64,000 nucleotides of DNA from Batkoa obscura. Lineage: Eukaryota. The DNA is taken from contig JASVEC010000018.1 of assembly GCA_030770535.1 (NCBI GenBank), positions 682,001 through 746,000 on the forward strand. The letters run 5' to 3'. A program made the position numbers and the translations under genes. Under the pieces are notes generated by a model, which was not told the origin of the DNA, ran no database searches, and worked only from the letters and a program-made list of their open reading frames with translations. Position 1 is the stretch's first letter, and the number at the start of each line of letters is the position of its first letter. This document shows positions 63,701 through 64,000 of the stretch, piece by piece.

Positions 63701-64000
63701 TATGATTTTCTAATAGAAATAATAGTTGGATATTTACTACTTTATAATTAATTATATCAGTGCGAATTTGTTTAAAATAGCTTAAACCGAGATAATTTAT
63801 TCTAAAATTAAATTTCAATTTGAAAATGATAAGTTATAAAATCTGTAAGTTTGTTCTTTTCTAAAACTACATCCATTTTTATTAATCTTTAACAACTTCA
63901 ACATTTATAAAATCCAATATCAAGATTTAGTTTATAATCTTTTTTAGTAACTTTAGTCTTATACTGTTTAACATCAAATTTATATTTAATACAATATCAC

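Overview
Very AT-rich, gene-dense eukaryotic nuclear DNA with many short (~40-70 nt) GT-AG introns. The gene content fits an early-diverging fungus (inference: Entomophthoromycotina/Conidiobolus-like). Recognisable genes, left to right: SET2 (partial), SKP1, DHCR7, VMA9, HIS6, a pseudogenised UHRF1 (UBL-PHD-SRA-RING), an MTF1-like gene, FANCI, CCDC174, mitochondrial ribosomal S6, complex I 75 kDa subunit, an M28 membrane peptidase, a candidate FANCB-like gene, a Rid/2-aminomuconate deaminase-like gene, DUG2, SIN-type Cdc14, cis-prenyltransferase, TMEM94, kynurenine formamidase, two paralogous small secreted 6-Cys proteins, a spliced hemerythrin-like gene only partly visible in the ORF track, a second M28 paralog, DHCR24 and tRNA-Phe(GAA). 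A ~98-bp MITE with GGGG...CCCC ends and 4-bp AWWT target duplications has about 16 copies, and there are several decayed Tc1-like transposase relics. Highlights: both cholesterol-type terminal sterol reductases (DHCR7 and DHCR24), the decayed UHRF1, FANCI plus a possible FANCB, the unclassified MITE family and the secreted-protein pair. All identifications come from motif recognition by eye; no database search was run.
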